Origin: Haplodiscus bocki
Taxonomy: Eukaryota
Length of the DNA stretch: 64,000 nt
Direction of reading: 5' to 3'
Assembly (NCBI GenBank): GCA_965655095.1
Contig: OZ296648.1
Span: forward strand, 115,010,001-115,074,000
Shown here piece by piece: positions 51,038 through 63,924 of this stretch. The first letter of the stretch is position 1. Every line of letters begins with the position of its first letter. The translations under genes were made by a program, and so were the position numbers. The notes under the pieces were generated by a model. That model saw nothing but the letters and a program-made list of their open reading frames with translations, did not search any database and had not been told where the DNA came from.

Positions 51038-52152
51038 TGAATCTGAAAAAAAAACAGTGAAATATTGTTCAATTGAATTTATTCTGGCACAAGTAAATTT
51101 ATATCAGAAACAGGCATGACGAGCATCAGAAAGAGACCCTCTTCCAAGCATACGCCTTTCAGGTTTGGAAGCCCCAACAAAGCATGTACATCAAGCCAGA
51201 AGGTATAGAGCTAGTGAAACCAGAACTCTTATTCCAAGAGCATCGAAAAAATTTATGCCAACCAGTACGCCTCTTATATCATCTACAAGGTTCTCAACTC
51301 CCGTTTGGTTTTTACATTCTATATCATAGACTAAGCCATTGCTGATCAATAATTTATCAGAGCTGATCCTCGCAAAAAAAAAAGAATTTTAACCTGTACC
51401 TTTAGTCACCGTTGGAAACCAGAGGTACCACTTCTCGTTATTTCGTAACTTACGTTGATATAGAGTGTTCAAATACTCTGTCGGTAACAACCTATTTATC
51501 GATGTAAAAACGAACTTCGCCTGTTCACCAATATATAGATAAAAGACGCAACTTTATCTACTATTTTCTGAGCTGAATTACTCAACCGATTTACCCTGCA
51601 GCTGAAAAATTTATTCTGGCTACGATATATATTCTAATTGTCTCGACAAACTGGACAGACCGAAAGAAGCTTTTGTGGTAAACTGTTACTATGCAATCCA
51701 AATTTTTCCTTTGGGCCCTTAGCACAGAGGGATTATTCCCTAAATTCATTAATGATTTTCCGTCGTGATGTTCATTACGAAACGAAAAGCATACTCTCAG
51801 TATGTCGAAATTTTATTTCTATGATTTGCCAATTCTAGCTGCGATAAATGCGGAATTTCCGGGAAAAATCGCTCAAGAAGCTCCACGGTGAATGCCGTTC
51901 TGAAAACGCAGTCAATATTTTTTCGCTCGGTCCGAGAAAGGTGACAAAAATTCGACAAAATTTTGTATTTAAAATGTTCCTCTGAACACGTACAATAATG
52001 TAATTTTGGAAACACTAGATTTTTTCGGGATAACGCCATTAAATTATCTAATGAAGACAACATCAAAAATTATAAATCAATCTCGAATCAGTTAATTATA
52101 CAGATAGACTTTATTTTTTCAGCTATTTGGTGTCTTCGCTATTCTTTTATCA

Positions 52153-53555
52153 GGAGATTCCATACCGCAACTCCGAAAAAAATGAAAGTAGTTCACAACT
52201 CCGAAATTTGAAAAAGTGATCCACAGCTCCGAAAATAATTTAAGTGTTGCTTAACTCCGAAAAATATTGATTGAAAATTATTAAATACAAACTGAAAATA
52301 TTGAAATTTTTATTATTGGTATTAAATTGTATTACAAAATTGGGCCATCGTATCCTAATAGCTATCTACACATCTATTTCCCAAGGTAAGGGAATTCTTC
52401 ACCGCCAAAATTCGGCAGTTATATTTTCGCCATTTTTTTGCAAGGCATGAGCTCGTCCGCGGTTTAGGTGGGCAACCTTATTTCGGGTTTCTCGTTCCTA
52501 TAATTTGAGAAAACGCATCGATATCCAAAAATTAGGCCTTGTACGATTCTTTTTCTGATTCCACGAATTGTTCATCCTTCACAGGCATTAGTTGTCCTCA
52601 CTTTTTCGTTTCGATCAAAAACGTTCCCCATCAAAATCGGGAAAGTGCACACTCAGGACTTTGCTTTTTCTCTTCGAAGTTCGCAATAGAAATCGATACT
52701 GGGGGGGGGCAGCTTTTCCATTCATATACGAATATACCAAGGGCTGTTTATAATCGTCAACATCTCCGAAAATTATGTACAATTCATCATAGGGCTCTCG
52801 GGTAGCCTTGAAGGTACCATCACCCAAAACCGAAAAACATCGCCAAAAGATTCAGGGCTTCCCGGGTTGCGAAAATGTAACAACTATTGATGCATCATGT
52901 TTGAGCAAAAAGCTCTTGCCATCTAAAGTTCTTGCCCATCTTCCTTCAATGCGGATATCAGAGAGCTAAAAAAAACTCGAAAGAAAAATATCGGGAGAAA
53001 ATTTTTTTAAACGTGGAAAAATACCTCATGTGGGAGGGATGGAACTTTTTCTGCCCTGATTCGGTATAGGCTGGTTCTTACTGACCTGTAATCCGGGGCC
53101 AGTTGTCTGGGATTTTCTTCCAGAACGATGTTAAAAACATCTTTCAAGTTTTGAGTTGGGTCTTTTCTCGTCTTTTTTTTTCATTTTTTGTGGAATTTTC
53201 TCGGTGGCCAGATCATCCAGAGATTCATCAGGGTGACTATGAGGTGTTGGGAGCGATAAAAAATCTGTAATTGAATCAACTATCATTCTTCTACCGCATC
53301 TGCGATTTCATTCCAATTATAAATTCTGCGTGGTTTTCTTGTTAATCTTGTACAAAAATTTTTCGTGGTAAATCAATTTTCCACGTTTACCTTGAAAAAT
53401 CTCAAGCATTGTGTACTTTTTCGCAGACTGAGAATATTTAAAATGAAGTCCGAAAATTAACGCCGCGTGGGTCGCATGTCTGAAAATTTTCGGAGTTGAG
53501 CTACACTTTATTTGTTTTCGGCGCTGTGAAGGTTCGGAGCTGTGAGACGACACCC
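52153..53555 (-). mobile_element. FLYWCH-MULE (Mutator-like) DNA transposon, pseudogenised
   Basis: Inverted terminal arrays of CACAGCTCCGAA/ACTCCGAAA (left) and TTCGGAGCTGTG/TTCGGAGT (right). FLYWCH-like GKRGKLIYHEKFLY. MULE DDE motif GDGTFKATREPYDELYII and PLVYSYM. Confidence 0.85.
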
Positions 53556-54024
53556 ATCAGGAAACAAAATTTAAAAAAATAACTTCGAAAAGATTTTTCC
53601 GAACACCTCGTTTTATGCATCCTGCATGCTGAAAAAATCAAATGTTTTTTGTTCGACGTTAGAAAACACTTCTCTCTAAAACTGCATCTTTCAATTATTT
53701 TATCAGGTTCTGTCGAAAGCCCATGATTACAGAGGACCTTTCAAAGTAAAAATCTTTTTTTTCTGTTCGTCCGAATCCTGACAGGCCAACAATGTCAAAA
53801 AGGCCAAATTATTTACAGATGGCAGGGCAGCTCCATACTTAGGAACTACTCTTTAACAAAAAAATGGCTTTTGACTTCCGCCGGAAACATGAAAATGAAA
53901 AGGGCCAAAAGATGAGATATTTTGACGAATCCCGTTTTTGAAATCTAAAGTTCTCCATAACTTTGGCTCGCCTTCTAGCATTTATGTAACATGGCAACCA
54001 CTAAGTTTGTATTTAAGTCTGGAC

Positions 54025-57000
54025 TTTTTTTACGGGAAAAAGATTGAATTCATATCTTGGCTCCAGGCCGTTGTCAATAAAAGGAAGAATCTAATGATTA
54101 TTGGAATGTATAAAGGGTGTTGTAGCAACTTACTGAACTTTAGTCGATTTGACCTTCGGCCAGAATGCAGGAGATCGCGTCTTCAATGGTGCATGTCGAT
54201 TTAAGGGCTCTGCATCCTCTGATGATACATAGAATGGAGCTCTTCAGTAGTGCAAAACTTATTTTCGTCCGGATGAATGACATCACATCGGAGTATTTTT
54301 CTTCCCTATTCTCGGAGTTTTTCTCGGCCAATCGTTTCATGACTTACTCGCCGAAGGTCCTGCGCCGCCAGTTGACGAAAACACGAGGGGGTTGAAAGTG
54401 CTGTTCTCGACGTCTCTAATCCTCTGTTCATATTTGAGTTTTTTGAGATCTTCGTGGTAATTGTAAGAGTCTCGTATGGTTTTGGGGCAGCTCTTCGCTA
54501 GCGGGTTGAAGATCTTGACATCGAAGAAAGTTCTTTCAAAGACTGTTCCCCAGAGACCATTGGCCTTTATGTCAAGACGGGCGTCGTCCGTTGCAGTAGA
54601 GTTTCTATCGAATGTTTCCCCATCTAAGGGTTGCAGTAATGGTTCGACAGCCACGTCCCGGCAGACCTCACTATCAAGTTCGCAAATGTGTCCTTTATTT
54701 CATTGTGGCGAACAATTGTGTTGCCGCTTTTAGGGCAGTGCAAGGCATGAGTCAGACTGAAAATCTCTTCGCATGGGCAGTTGAGTGGGGCATTTTTTGG
54801 ATTCCAACAATATCCAAGGCTGAGACCTTCTCGAATTTCATGTTTGTTTGATTGAAATCCGTATCGCTTCAGCGGTAGTACAGTCAGCTAGGCCAATGCT
54901 CCTTTTTCCCATGCTCTTCCGAGTGCATATCTCTGCTCCGTGCTCAGGATACTTTTATTATTTGATATTTTCTCGGCGATTTTCTTCTTCTTCGCGATTA
55001 ATAGACCACCGAGGGTGCACTTCTGCGAGACTTCTGCAGTCAGATGATCTTTGCTTTCCAGTGGCTCGGATAACTTCTTTGACAGTTCGTAGTCGTCGTG
55101 TTGGTTTTCTGGGCAGTCTATGCCTAGTCCACCTGACATGAGTGGCAGTGAGAAATTTCCCTTTCTATTGGTAAGGGTTCTCCTCCTGAGGTTAGCACCG
55201 GACTGATGCCTTCCCTGATTATTGTTTCCGTTGTTTCTAAAAAGGCTGAAGAGGACGGTGTTGTTCGGGTAATAAAGTTCACTTTGTGTTTCAACCCTTT
55301 GGTAAGGCACGCATACACATTCTGCGGATTCGTTTTACCGATGTCTCCTAGTTTTCATAGCAAATTTTTCTGCTCTGTGCTTTTGCCGTCGAGGAAGTTG
55401 TCGCATGTTTCTTGGGTGCCTATGACTGAGCCGAGTACTCTGTTTCCGAGCGTTATTTGCACATTTGATCCCGCAAACGTCTCCAGGGCGAGGTCCATCT
55501 TTTCTTTCTTCACTACCACTTGGCATTTTGGGGCGTTGACGAAGTATCCATATCCTGGGCCTTCGGTTTTTACAGCCCTGAACGTTTCATATAGGTCGGA
55601 TATCCGTCCACACGCATTCCCATCATCTGAATACCATTTATAGATTAAGTTCACCTCTGAAACTTTCTGTATCAGGGGAAGGAACGCAACTGCGTATATG
55701 CACATTGCAAGCGGATTGGCTTGCGTGGTACCTTATTCTGACCATAGTGTACTTCCGTTCACATAAAGTGGCGATGGGGATGAACACGAGTCTTTTACCG
55801 CGTTAAAAAGAGCCGGGCAAATGATCTCCATGCTTTCTAGCCCTTGTTTGCGATCAAAGAGGTTGAAAGCGTTTGTTGCATCAATCAAAAGGACAGTTTC
55901 ATTTTCGTCAAAATTTGTTCTCAATGAGTGAATAGCGTGTTCTATGCCAGAACGTTGTCCCATGCAAAGCTGCTGGTTTCCACAGAAATGTTTCAAATCT
56001 GTCTGTATGCAAGATACAATTGTTCTACGAAATATCCGCTGAAGTACTTCCCCAACACCGATTGGACGAACACCGGGACACTTGTCTAGAGGTATTCGTC
56101 GACACGCGATGTAAGCTTGAAGACTCGTTGGATCTTGTTCCTCAGTCGCGAGTCTTAGAGCTATTTTTGCAATTTTTCGGCAATGGGATTTCGAGCGACT
56201 TCCAAAAGCCGTTAGATACCGGTGCCATTCCAAGGCATCGACTCCATACGGTCCGCGGCCGCCACTGGTTATGAGGGTTGCCCTTCGTATGACGTGTGCA
56301 TCGATTCTGTCGATTATCGGGGGGTAATATCGTAGTGTATTTGGTCCGTCATCCACGATAAGGGCAGGACCGTACGGTTGAGACGACAGATGTTTCGATT
56401 TGAGGATTTGCAAGCCGGTTTCGCCGTTGATTTATTCTTGGAGGTGAAGGACACCTCCGTTTCGCTCATTTTGTGATTTTGGAGTGTGCGTATGGTGTTT
56501 GCTACCTTTCCTGAATTCATTTGTCTGTTGAATTCTTTCGCCTCATCAAAAGGTAGCTTTCCGTTCGTTCTGATTCGTTTCTGTAGTGCATGGCTCTCTT
56601 CTTCAAAAAGTTTGTCAAAATCTCCCTTTATCCAGAGTTGTAGTCGTTTTTGCAGTAGCTTATTAACGGATCCGTCACTGCGGTCGGTGGTTCGAGCTAG
56701 AATTAGGTAGGGTAATACCATTGTGGCCTTCGATGACATTTCATAGTGGTTTGTTTTTTCTGCAAGGGGTTGAAGTGTCGTCTCCAGACATTTCAGGAAG
56801 AGTTCGCCAGTTTTGTTTTTGAAGATGTTGAAGAATATGGGTTTCCAGTTTACGATTTCCTCGCAGATCTTGTTTTGTTTCTGGTGGGATGAATAGTTGA
56901 GAACTGTCAAGAACCTGTCGGGAATGTTGACTTCAATGGAACATGGTGAGGTGCCAGCAGCAAGCCGCCGGCGAGTCTCTCCATGTTTCCCGCTATCTTT

Positions 57001-57295
57001 GTCCTCACCCTCGATTATTGTACTGGCTGGTCCATTCTTCGAGATGTGGCCGGGACTTTCAGGGTACACTAGGCGAGGACATTGGCGTTCTAAGCATTCA
57101 ATACATGTCCAGTTTTGATTTTCAAGGTTTTTGATTTCTTCGGCTGTCAGGTTGGTGCATTTTTTGTGGAACCAATACTCGCAGGTTTTGCATAAAATGG
57201 ACCATTGTCTCTTGACTTATTGCAAGCTCCACACGACCATGTGTTCATCATGTCATTTCATACCGGAAACTATTTATTAAGTTTATCACAACATT
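54025..57295 (-). mobile_element. Full-length CRE-clade non-LTR retrotransposon (PHD-RT-zinc knuckle-RLE), frameshifted
   Basis: RT motifs GVRPIGVGEVLQR, IDATNAFN, GTTQANPLAM and WYSDDG. CCHC ..HALHCPK..RHNEI. RLE RLDIKANGLWG..FFDVKIFNP..KLKYEQR. N-terminal PHD at ~57100-57240. A7 tail at 54025-54031. TSD copies at 54002-54024 and 57296-57317 (exact core TTTAAGTCTGGAC). Confidence 0.92.
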
Positions 57296-59289
57296 TAAGC
57301 TTTGTTTAAGTCTGGACAGACTACTGGAACAGGGGGCTGTGATGTTATGGTCAGCAAGCTAGTTCGCGAATTTGATGAATGGGTTGGAATGCTCCCAGTT
57401 CTAGTTCTTTGATTTAGTGTCTAGTTTGTGTAGTTGGTTGCTATACTGGCACAGCTGAATTGTGTCGCTGACTCCAAAGATTGTCTTCGTGTACGAATAG
57501 CGAGGGCCGGAACTCCTTTGAGATGGGAGTAAGATAGAAACCACCGATCTTGTTTTCAAGTCTACAGAGGTGGCTTGGAAATACTACGTAAAGTGTAATG
57601 GTCAGCAGGCTGCGTCGCAGAACGAAAGAAGAGGTTCCACTGAATTCAGCTCAATTTTTTCTGTTTCTGTGTCTAAATAGTGTACTGGATTAATACATTA
57701 TTTTCTGACAGCGTTCTATCTGTAAAAGAATCATCAATTTCAATGTCCTTGATTTAGTAGCAATCAACAAAAATTCCTCCAGAAGCTGAAAGGGACAAAA
57801 AGCTTTTCATTTTTCATCGAAATCAAAATCAATTGACTTCCTCCATTTGTTTTGAATTCTACTAGAGACAGCCACACAGACACAAAGACGCAAGAAGCGA
57901 ACTCAACATCTGACTCAACGATTAAACATGCTGGAACACAGTCGAAATCAGCTCTCAGCAGCGCATCACGGGACCGATAGAGCTTCGTCCTTTTTTCACA
58001 CTGTTACTTCACCGCTCCAATCCAATTTTGCAGCTTTCAGATGGTGTGGTCATAAGAAAAGGTACTGAACGAATAATTTGCCGCGCTCGGCAAAAACACA
58101 AACTACCGGCTACTACCGAGAAATACCGAGTGATCTTCTCACACATCAACCACTAGCGAAAGACCACAACCGATTCACCAGCATTGCAGAACTAGGGAAG
58201 GACAAAAAGCATTATTTTCACATCCAACAATCGTCGAAATTACAGAATTGGCATTTTTCGGTGTTGGTCCCAAAACAAGACAACTAGCAGGAAAAGAAGC
58301 CTGCCAGCCTAAAGTTCTGAATACTTCTTCACAAGCGAAGGAGAGCTGTAACCACTGTAAGTTATGATAAACCTTTTGAAAAGACCGTTTTCACCCCGTT
58401 TGGAAATAATGTAGTTTCAATTAAGAGGCCTAGGGACTGAATAACTCTTCTACACACTCTTGTAAAAGTCCTGTCCGTTCCAAGCCGATAGCAGCTGAAG
58501 AAATCTGTGTTCAATATCCTTTCTTTTCTTTTCTGTCCCACTACAACAACTCCCCAGTCAATTAGTTCACTATTAGGACACAAATCCCTTCATCAAGCAA
58601 TCCTGTATTTCTATTAAGTCCTCAAGAGTCAACTCACTTACATTTCCTTTAAAAAACCAGGCCTCAATTTCTGCCACTGGAACACCTTCAAAAAATTTAA
58701 GGACCTCCTGATAGACGGAAGCCTCTGAAGACTAGCCAGCTTGATTGCTGACAATTGAAACGACGTCAATCGTAACAGTGCTTCGCCTCACAGCAGCAAA
58801 AGCTTCGCCCTAGCTGACTCCCAGCGAACTGGTTCAATTTTTCTCCAAACACAAGAGAAGGATGGCTACAGTTCTATACGTGCAACGATCATGATCCATT
58901 AACATCCTCAGCGAATTGAAAAAAGCAGGTGTTCTGATAATTGACGTAAGAAGACACCTTCTCTCCGAACTTAAGCGAGCGAAGGAAAAAATTTGTCGAC
59001 ACCTGAAGCAATTGCATTCTGCATCAATTGTGCAGCCGAATTTTGTAGCAACTGCTCTCCATTGTGAAAATGACCTCACTAAAATTTCCCAACAGAAATA
59101 CAAACAAAACACAAAAAACAAAAAGAATAATCAAAGAGAGACGCAGCGACGCAAACCAATGTCTGAAACTAGTCCTAGTTTTGCCTAATTCTTAGTCCTT
59201 TGAGTGACACACCTGGGGTTTATTCATTCTGGTGGACCTCAGAGATTACAATGGTTTGGGCAAAATGACCAGAACAAGAAGCTCCTCAC

Positions 59290-62200
59290 TGAGTGACATC
59301 AATTGTGGGACATGTTAAAAAAACATCTAACAAACCCACCGACAAAAAAGAACTCTGCGTCGGCTGTGAATTATGGTTTCACATCACTTGTGTTGGCATG
59401 AACGAAGAACAATATTAAATCCAGAGAAAAATCACATAATTAACCTGGTGCTGCAATAAATGTTATCTGATGGCCCAGTCAAGGTTCGAAGCTGGCAACC
59501 ACAAAGCAACGAGCGCTAAAATGGCCAAATATACGTCAAAGCAACATCAAAAAACTGTATTTGAGATGCATTATGTGAGGAGGGAAGTGGGCACGGTGAA
59601 GGCACCTGCAATAGGTGCAGAAAACCATAGCTGCAATGGTGAACAAAATAGCTTAATTCCAGGAAACGATTAAAAAGTTGAACACGAATGTGACATATGC
59701 ATTTGTCACACAGCACGATCAAGTTGTCTCGGAGCAAGAACACGTAAATGTTCAACCACTGAAAGCTCATAGGAACCCAAAGCAGATTGTCATCCTTACG
59801 AACGCCGATACAAGCATCCTTAAGAACAACCCGGAAACCAGAAAAAAACTTCCTTGAACTCTTACCAGCAACAAAATTGCCAAATGCCTTCCGAAACGAC
59901 CAAAACAATCTACACCTGGAATTCGACAACGAACAAGACGCAACAGATGTTGATGAGATCTGGAACCCAACCTTTCTCGCTACAAAATTAGCAGCAAGAT
60001 ACACACGGACCCATGAACCGAAACAACCTCTGCTGACCAAAAAATTTGACAAGTCGTTCGCAAAAACCGACATTGGCCAAGATATTCAACCGAGCATACC
60101 AAAATAAGGCATTTAGGTGCGCAGATTCAGAACGAAAGATGCGAAAGATTTGATCACTGCGAAAATTGGAGTCAATGAACAGGACATATGTAACACGCTT
60201 ACTGAGGAAGGTATCTCCCTGTCAAAGCATTTCTAACCCCAAGTAAAGTACGAGCGATCGAAATTCATTCAAAATACAGAATGCTAAAACTGTCAGAAGT
60301 CTAGAAACTGTAAAAACATGTCGAGTGAGTGTGAAAAGCGGAAACTGCAATCGAGCCCATCAAACCAACGACTGTACTGAAACGGAAAACCATGATTGCG
60401 CTAACAGCAAAAATGAACGCACGTCAATCTCAGGGGATTGTTCGGTACATCTGCTGATACTGAAGGAAATTTCTGAAAACCGCAACCATCATAAACGACA
60501 AAAACTTCAGCGAAAAATACTCGACGCCAAAAATGAATCCTAACACTTTGACAGTAAACTTCCTACAGCTAAACACCATGGGACTTAGCATGCACAAAGT
60601 AGTTGCGCTGAATAACTACGTTGGCGACACACACTCACAATAAGTAGGTCCAGGAGAAAGCTACAAAACTATCTCCAACGATGAGTTTGCCATTTTCGAA
60701 GTACTCCAGAGGTGCAATTGCTGGAACAAGGGAGGGGTGAGCCTGCTCATCAGAAAAAATTACCGTTCTGTGCAGAACAGGATTTGAAGACAAACGAAGT
60801 TGATGCGGTCTGGCTTTTTTTTCTAGTTGGAATGTTTTCCTTTATTAGTAGCGTCTGTATACAAACCATCAGAGTGTGAGACTTAGATGATGATCTCTCT
60901 AGAGTTTTTGAGAAAAGCCTGAGATTGCTGTAGAACAAACAAACGTGGGGTCTGCGTCGTTCCAGGGGACTACATTGCCAGACGCACAATGTGGCAAGAT
61001 ACTAAAATCAACTATCACGAAACTCTGCCCGACAATTTTTTAGCATCACCTCAGAGTTGTCTCTAGTGAGCCCAGATGTGCCCACGTACTTTTCAGTCAA
61101 TGATAACAGCGTCATCCACTTGGTTTTACTCTCTTCAAACGTGAAAGCAAAACTGATGCCTCACTACAATGATGGTGAAGTGGAATTTTCCACTGGAGCT
61201 CACAGGAGAAGACACATACCATTATTGATCGCCCTAGACATACGGCCAACCAAACCGGGTTGCCTGGAAATTTGAACTCAAAAAACCTAGGCACAAAACG
61301 TTTTGCCCTTGATAGAAACAACAGACGCAACGTAAGTATGGGAAATGACTTCTGAACGATGCAAAATTGAACTCATGAGAGGCAAACGGTGTTGCATGCA
61401 CTCAAAATTATTCCGGAGCAAAGATGTCACGGAAGCGGGTCAGCGGCTGCACACCGCCCACAAGAACTTTCGAATGAGATGCACACCGATGAATGAGGAA
61501 GTCTTCAAAGAACAACAAGGCAACTTCAGAAGCTTGTTGACAGAAAGGTGCATCATCGGGACCAACTAACTGTTAGACGAAATCAATAAATGAAAAATCG
61601 AAATTCCTGGGAGAAAGTGGGTGAAATATTCAAAACCGACATGAGCAAAGGCATTGCTCCGCTGAAGAACAAGTAAGGTCTCGTTTTTGGAAACAACTAG
61701 AAAATTGAACCTCGGAGAGAAACCTTCTTCAAGGGAAAGCACTTCACAAATTATAATTTCGACAACATTTTCGACAACTCAATCAACAAAAAGGCGGAAA
61801 AACTCTCTGTACAAGCTGGGGAAGAAACTTACTGGTGCAACGGTCCCCTGAGCTGGCAAGAAATAAACTGCGCAATCAAGCAATTCCTAACTGCCAAAAA
61901 AATGGCACAAACAATGTTGAACCCAAGATGCTGACGAGGACTGCACCAATTTTCAGGGAACTTAGCTTCAACTGTTCAACCAATCTGGCCATGGAAAACC
62001 AGCGAAGTAATGTTTTTTCAAGAAGCAGGGAAAACGAACGAATCCAGACCTTCGTCATACCGCCCCATATAAACATCAAGCTACATGGGAAAACTAATCG
62101 AACGCGCCCGGGAATCAAGAATCCGAACCTTCGCAGAATTAGAGGTAACTTTGGAAATAGTACAAGAAAGATTTCGGAAACACAAAAGCGTCGTACGAAA

Positions 62201-63724
62201 TCTGTAACAACTGATGATTCTATGCAAAAACTTAACGATCAGAAAACGACTCAGCGCTTTGCTTTCATTGGACCTTGAAAATTTTTTCGACTCTGTCAAG
62301 GTGAATGGACTTTTGTTGAAGCTTAAAAACATCGGAATTTTAGGCAACCTGTTTGGCCCTTTTTAGGAGTTTCCTGAAAAACCGCAGTTTATTATTGAAA
62401 GTGGCAACCATAAAAAGGAAACGTTCAGAACCAACAATAGAGTACTACAAGATGCACTTCTCTCATCTCTATTGTTTATCATTTTTGTCTAAGAAAAATA
62501 TCCCGGATTGAAAGCGGAGAAAATCAAATTCGCTGACAATGGCAACCTTTTATTCAGCGCAGACACCAAAACAGAATTGGACTGAGGAACGAGAACAGCC
62601 TTTTGAAAGTTTTCCAATGCGGCAGCAAGAGGCGGCTCAAAATGAATATACAGAAAACTATACTAGTTCTGATCAACCTAGTAGACAGTTACCTAAAGTT
62701 GCACAAGATTGGCAGTGAAACAGTCACAGTTTCCGATAGCTGGAGGATTCTAGGCATAGACTTTGACTCCAAGTTGTCATTCAAATCCCATTCAATTAAT
62801 ATGAAGGGACTCGATCAACATCTTTTGCAGACGATGGCTAGGCACGTTGGACTCAGTTGGGGATTGAGCCCCAAAGCAAGAAGCAGACTCTGTCTTCAAG
62901 TTTTGTTGACAAAAAGTTTATACGCAACGCCAGTGCGTGCCCGGAAAAATCTTTGCACTCTTCACAAGTCGAACAGCAAAATTGTCGGGCAAGCGCTCGT
63001 TGTTGTAATATCGAGAAGCAAAGACGCTGCGGAAAACTTCGCCGGAACATTCCCATTAGATCTCCACTGCAAGACACTGACAGTAGGGTTTCTCAAAAAA
63101 TTATGCAATCAAACGACAACTTGAAAAGCTGTGTTTTGGAGTTCCAAGACAAAAATCTGAAAAAAGATATCACGATTTCGAAGGACTTCGAAGAAAAAAC
63201 AAAAGACGGTGGACGAAACTACAACCGTGCTGATATAATATCATTTGTTGAGCACAAGTGGTCCAGCAAACTAAGTAGTTCGGAGCAACTTAGCTCAACA
63301 TCTGTACCAATCCACAAAACTAAACGGAAACCTACCGCTTTACTTCAGTTTTGCTGTCTGAAGTTACAGAAAACAGTCCACAGGATACTACCCGATAGAG
63401 ATCGGAGCATCTCAAACTACGCCTACAATTACAACTTAGTGCCCTCACGAAAATGCAACCACCAAAGAGCATAAGAAACTTCCCAACACTTCCTCTTCCA
63501 TAGTGAGAGGCACGGCACACAGATGAGAAAACTACTTGAACCCTGACATTTACGACTAACACTGGATCACAGAACTGATCAAACTCACAGAAGAATGCAG
63601 TATATCCCAGCCCTCAAAAAGGACCAACTCCACAACCTGTCAACTACAGAATGGTCGAAAACACTGTCTGAAGAATCTCTGAATAACATACCGCATTTAC
63701 ACGTAATCTGAAGATCATAAATAA
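59290..63724 (+). mobile_element. Degraded I/Jockey-group LINE (PHD plus CCHC ORF1; APE-RT ORF2)
   Basis: PHD CVGCELWFHITCVGM..WCCNKC. Decayed triple knuckle at ~60280-60440. APE start FLQLNTMG. RT FIDLENFFDSV, LQDALLSSLLF, FADNG, ILGIDFDSKLSF and SWGLSP. Confidence 0.85.
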
Positions 63725-63924
63725 NNNNNNNNNNNNNNNNNNNNNNNNNNNNNNNNNNNNNNNNNNNNNNNNNNNNNNNNNNNNNNNNNNNNNNNNNNNN
63801 NNNNNNNNNNNNNNNNNNNNNNNNNNNNNNNNNNNNNNNNNNNNNNNNNNNNNNNNNNNNNNNNNNNNNNNNNNNNNNNNNNNNNNNNNNNNNNNNNNNN
63901 NNNNNNNNNNNNNNNNNNNNNNNN
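63725..63924. other. Assembly gap (200 N)
   Basis: Run of exactly 200 N, a fixed-size scaffolding gap. Confidence 1.

Noticed and set aside
50872-51072. 66-aa ORF from the ORF track
   Set aside because: Wrong frame; the real signal is the overlapping 97-nt NUP62 exon.
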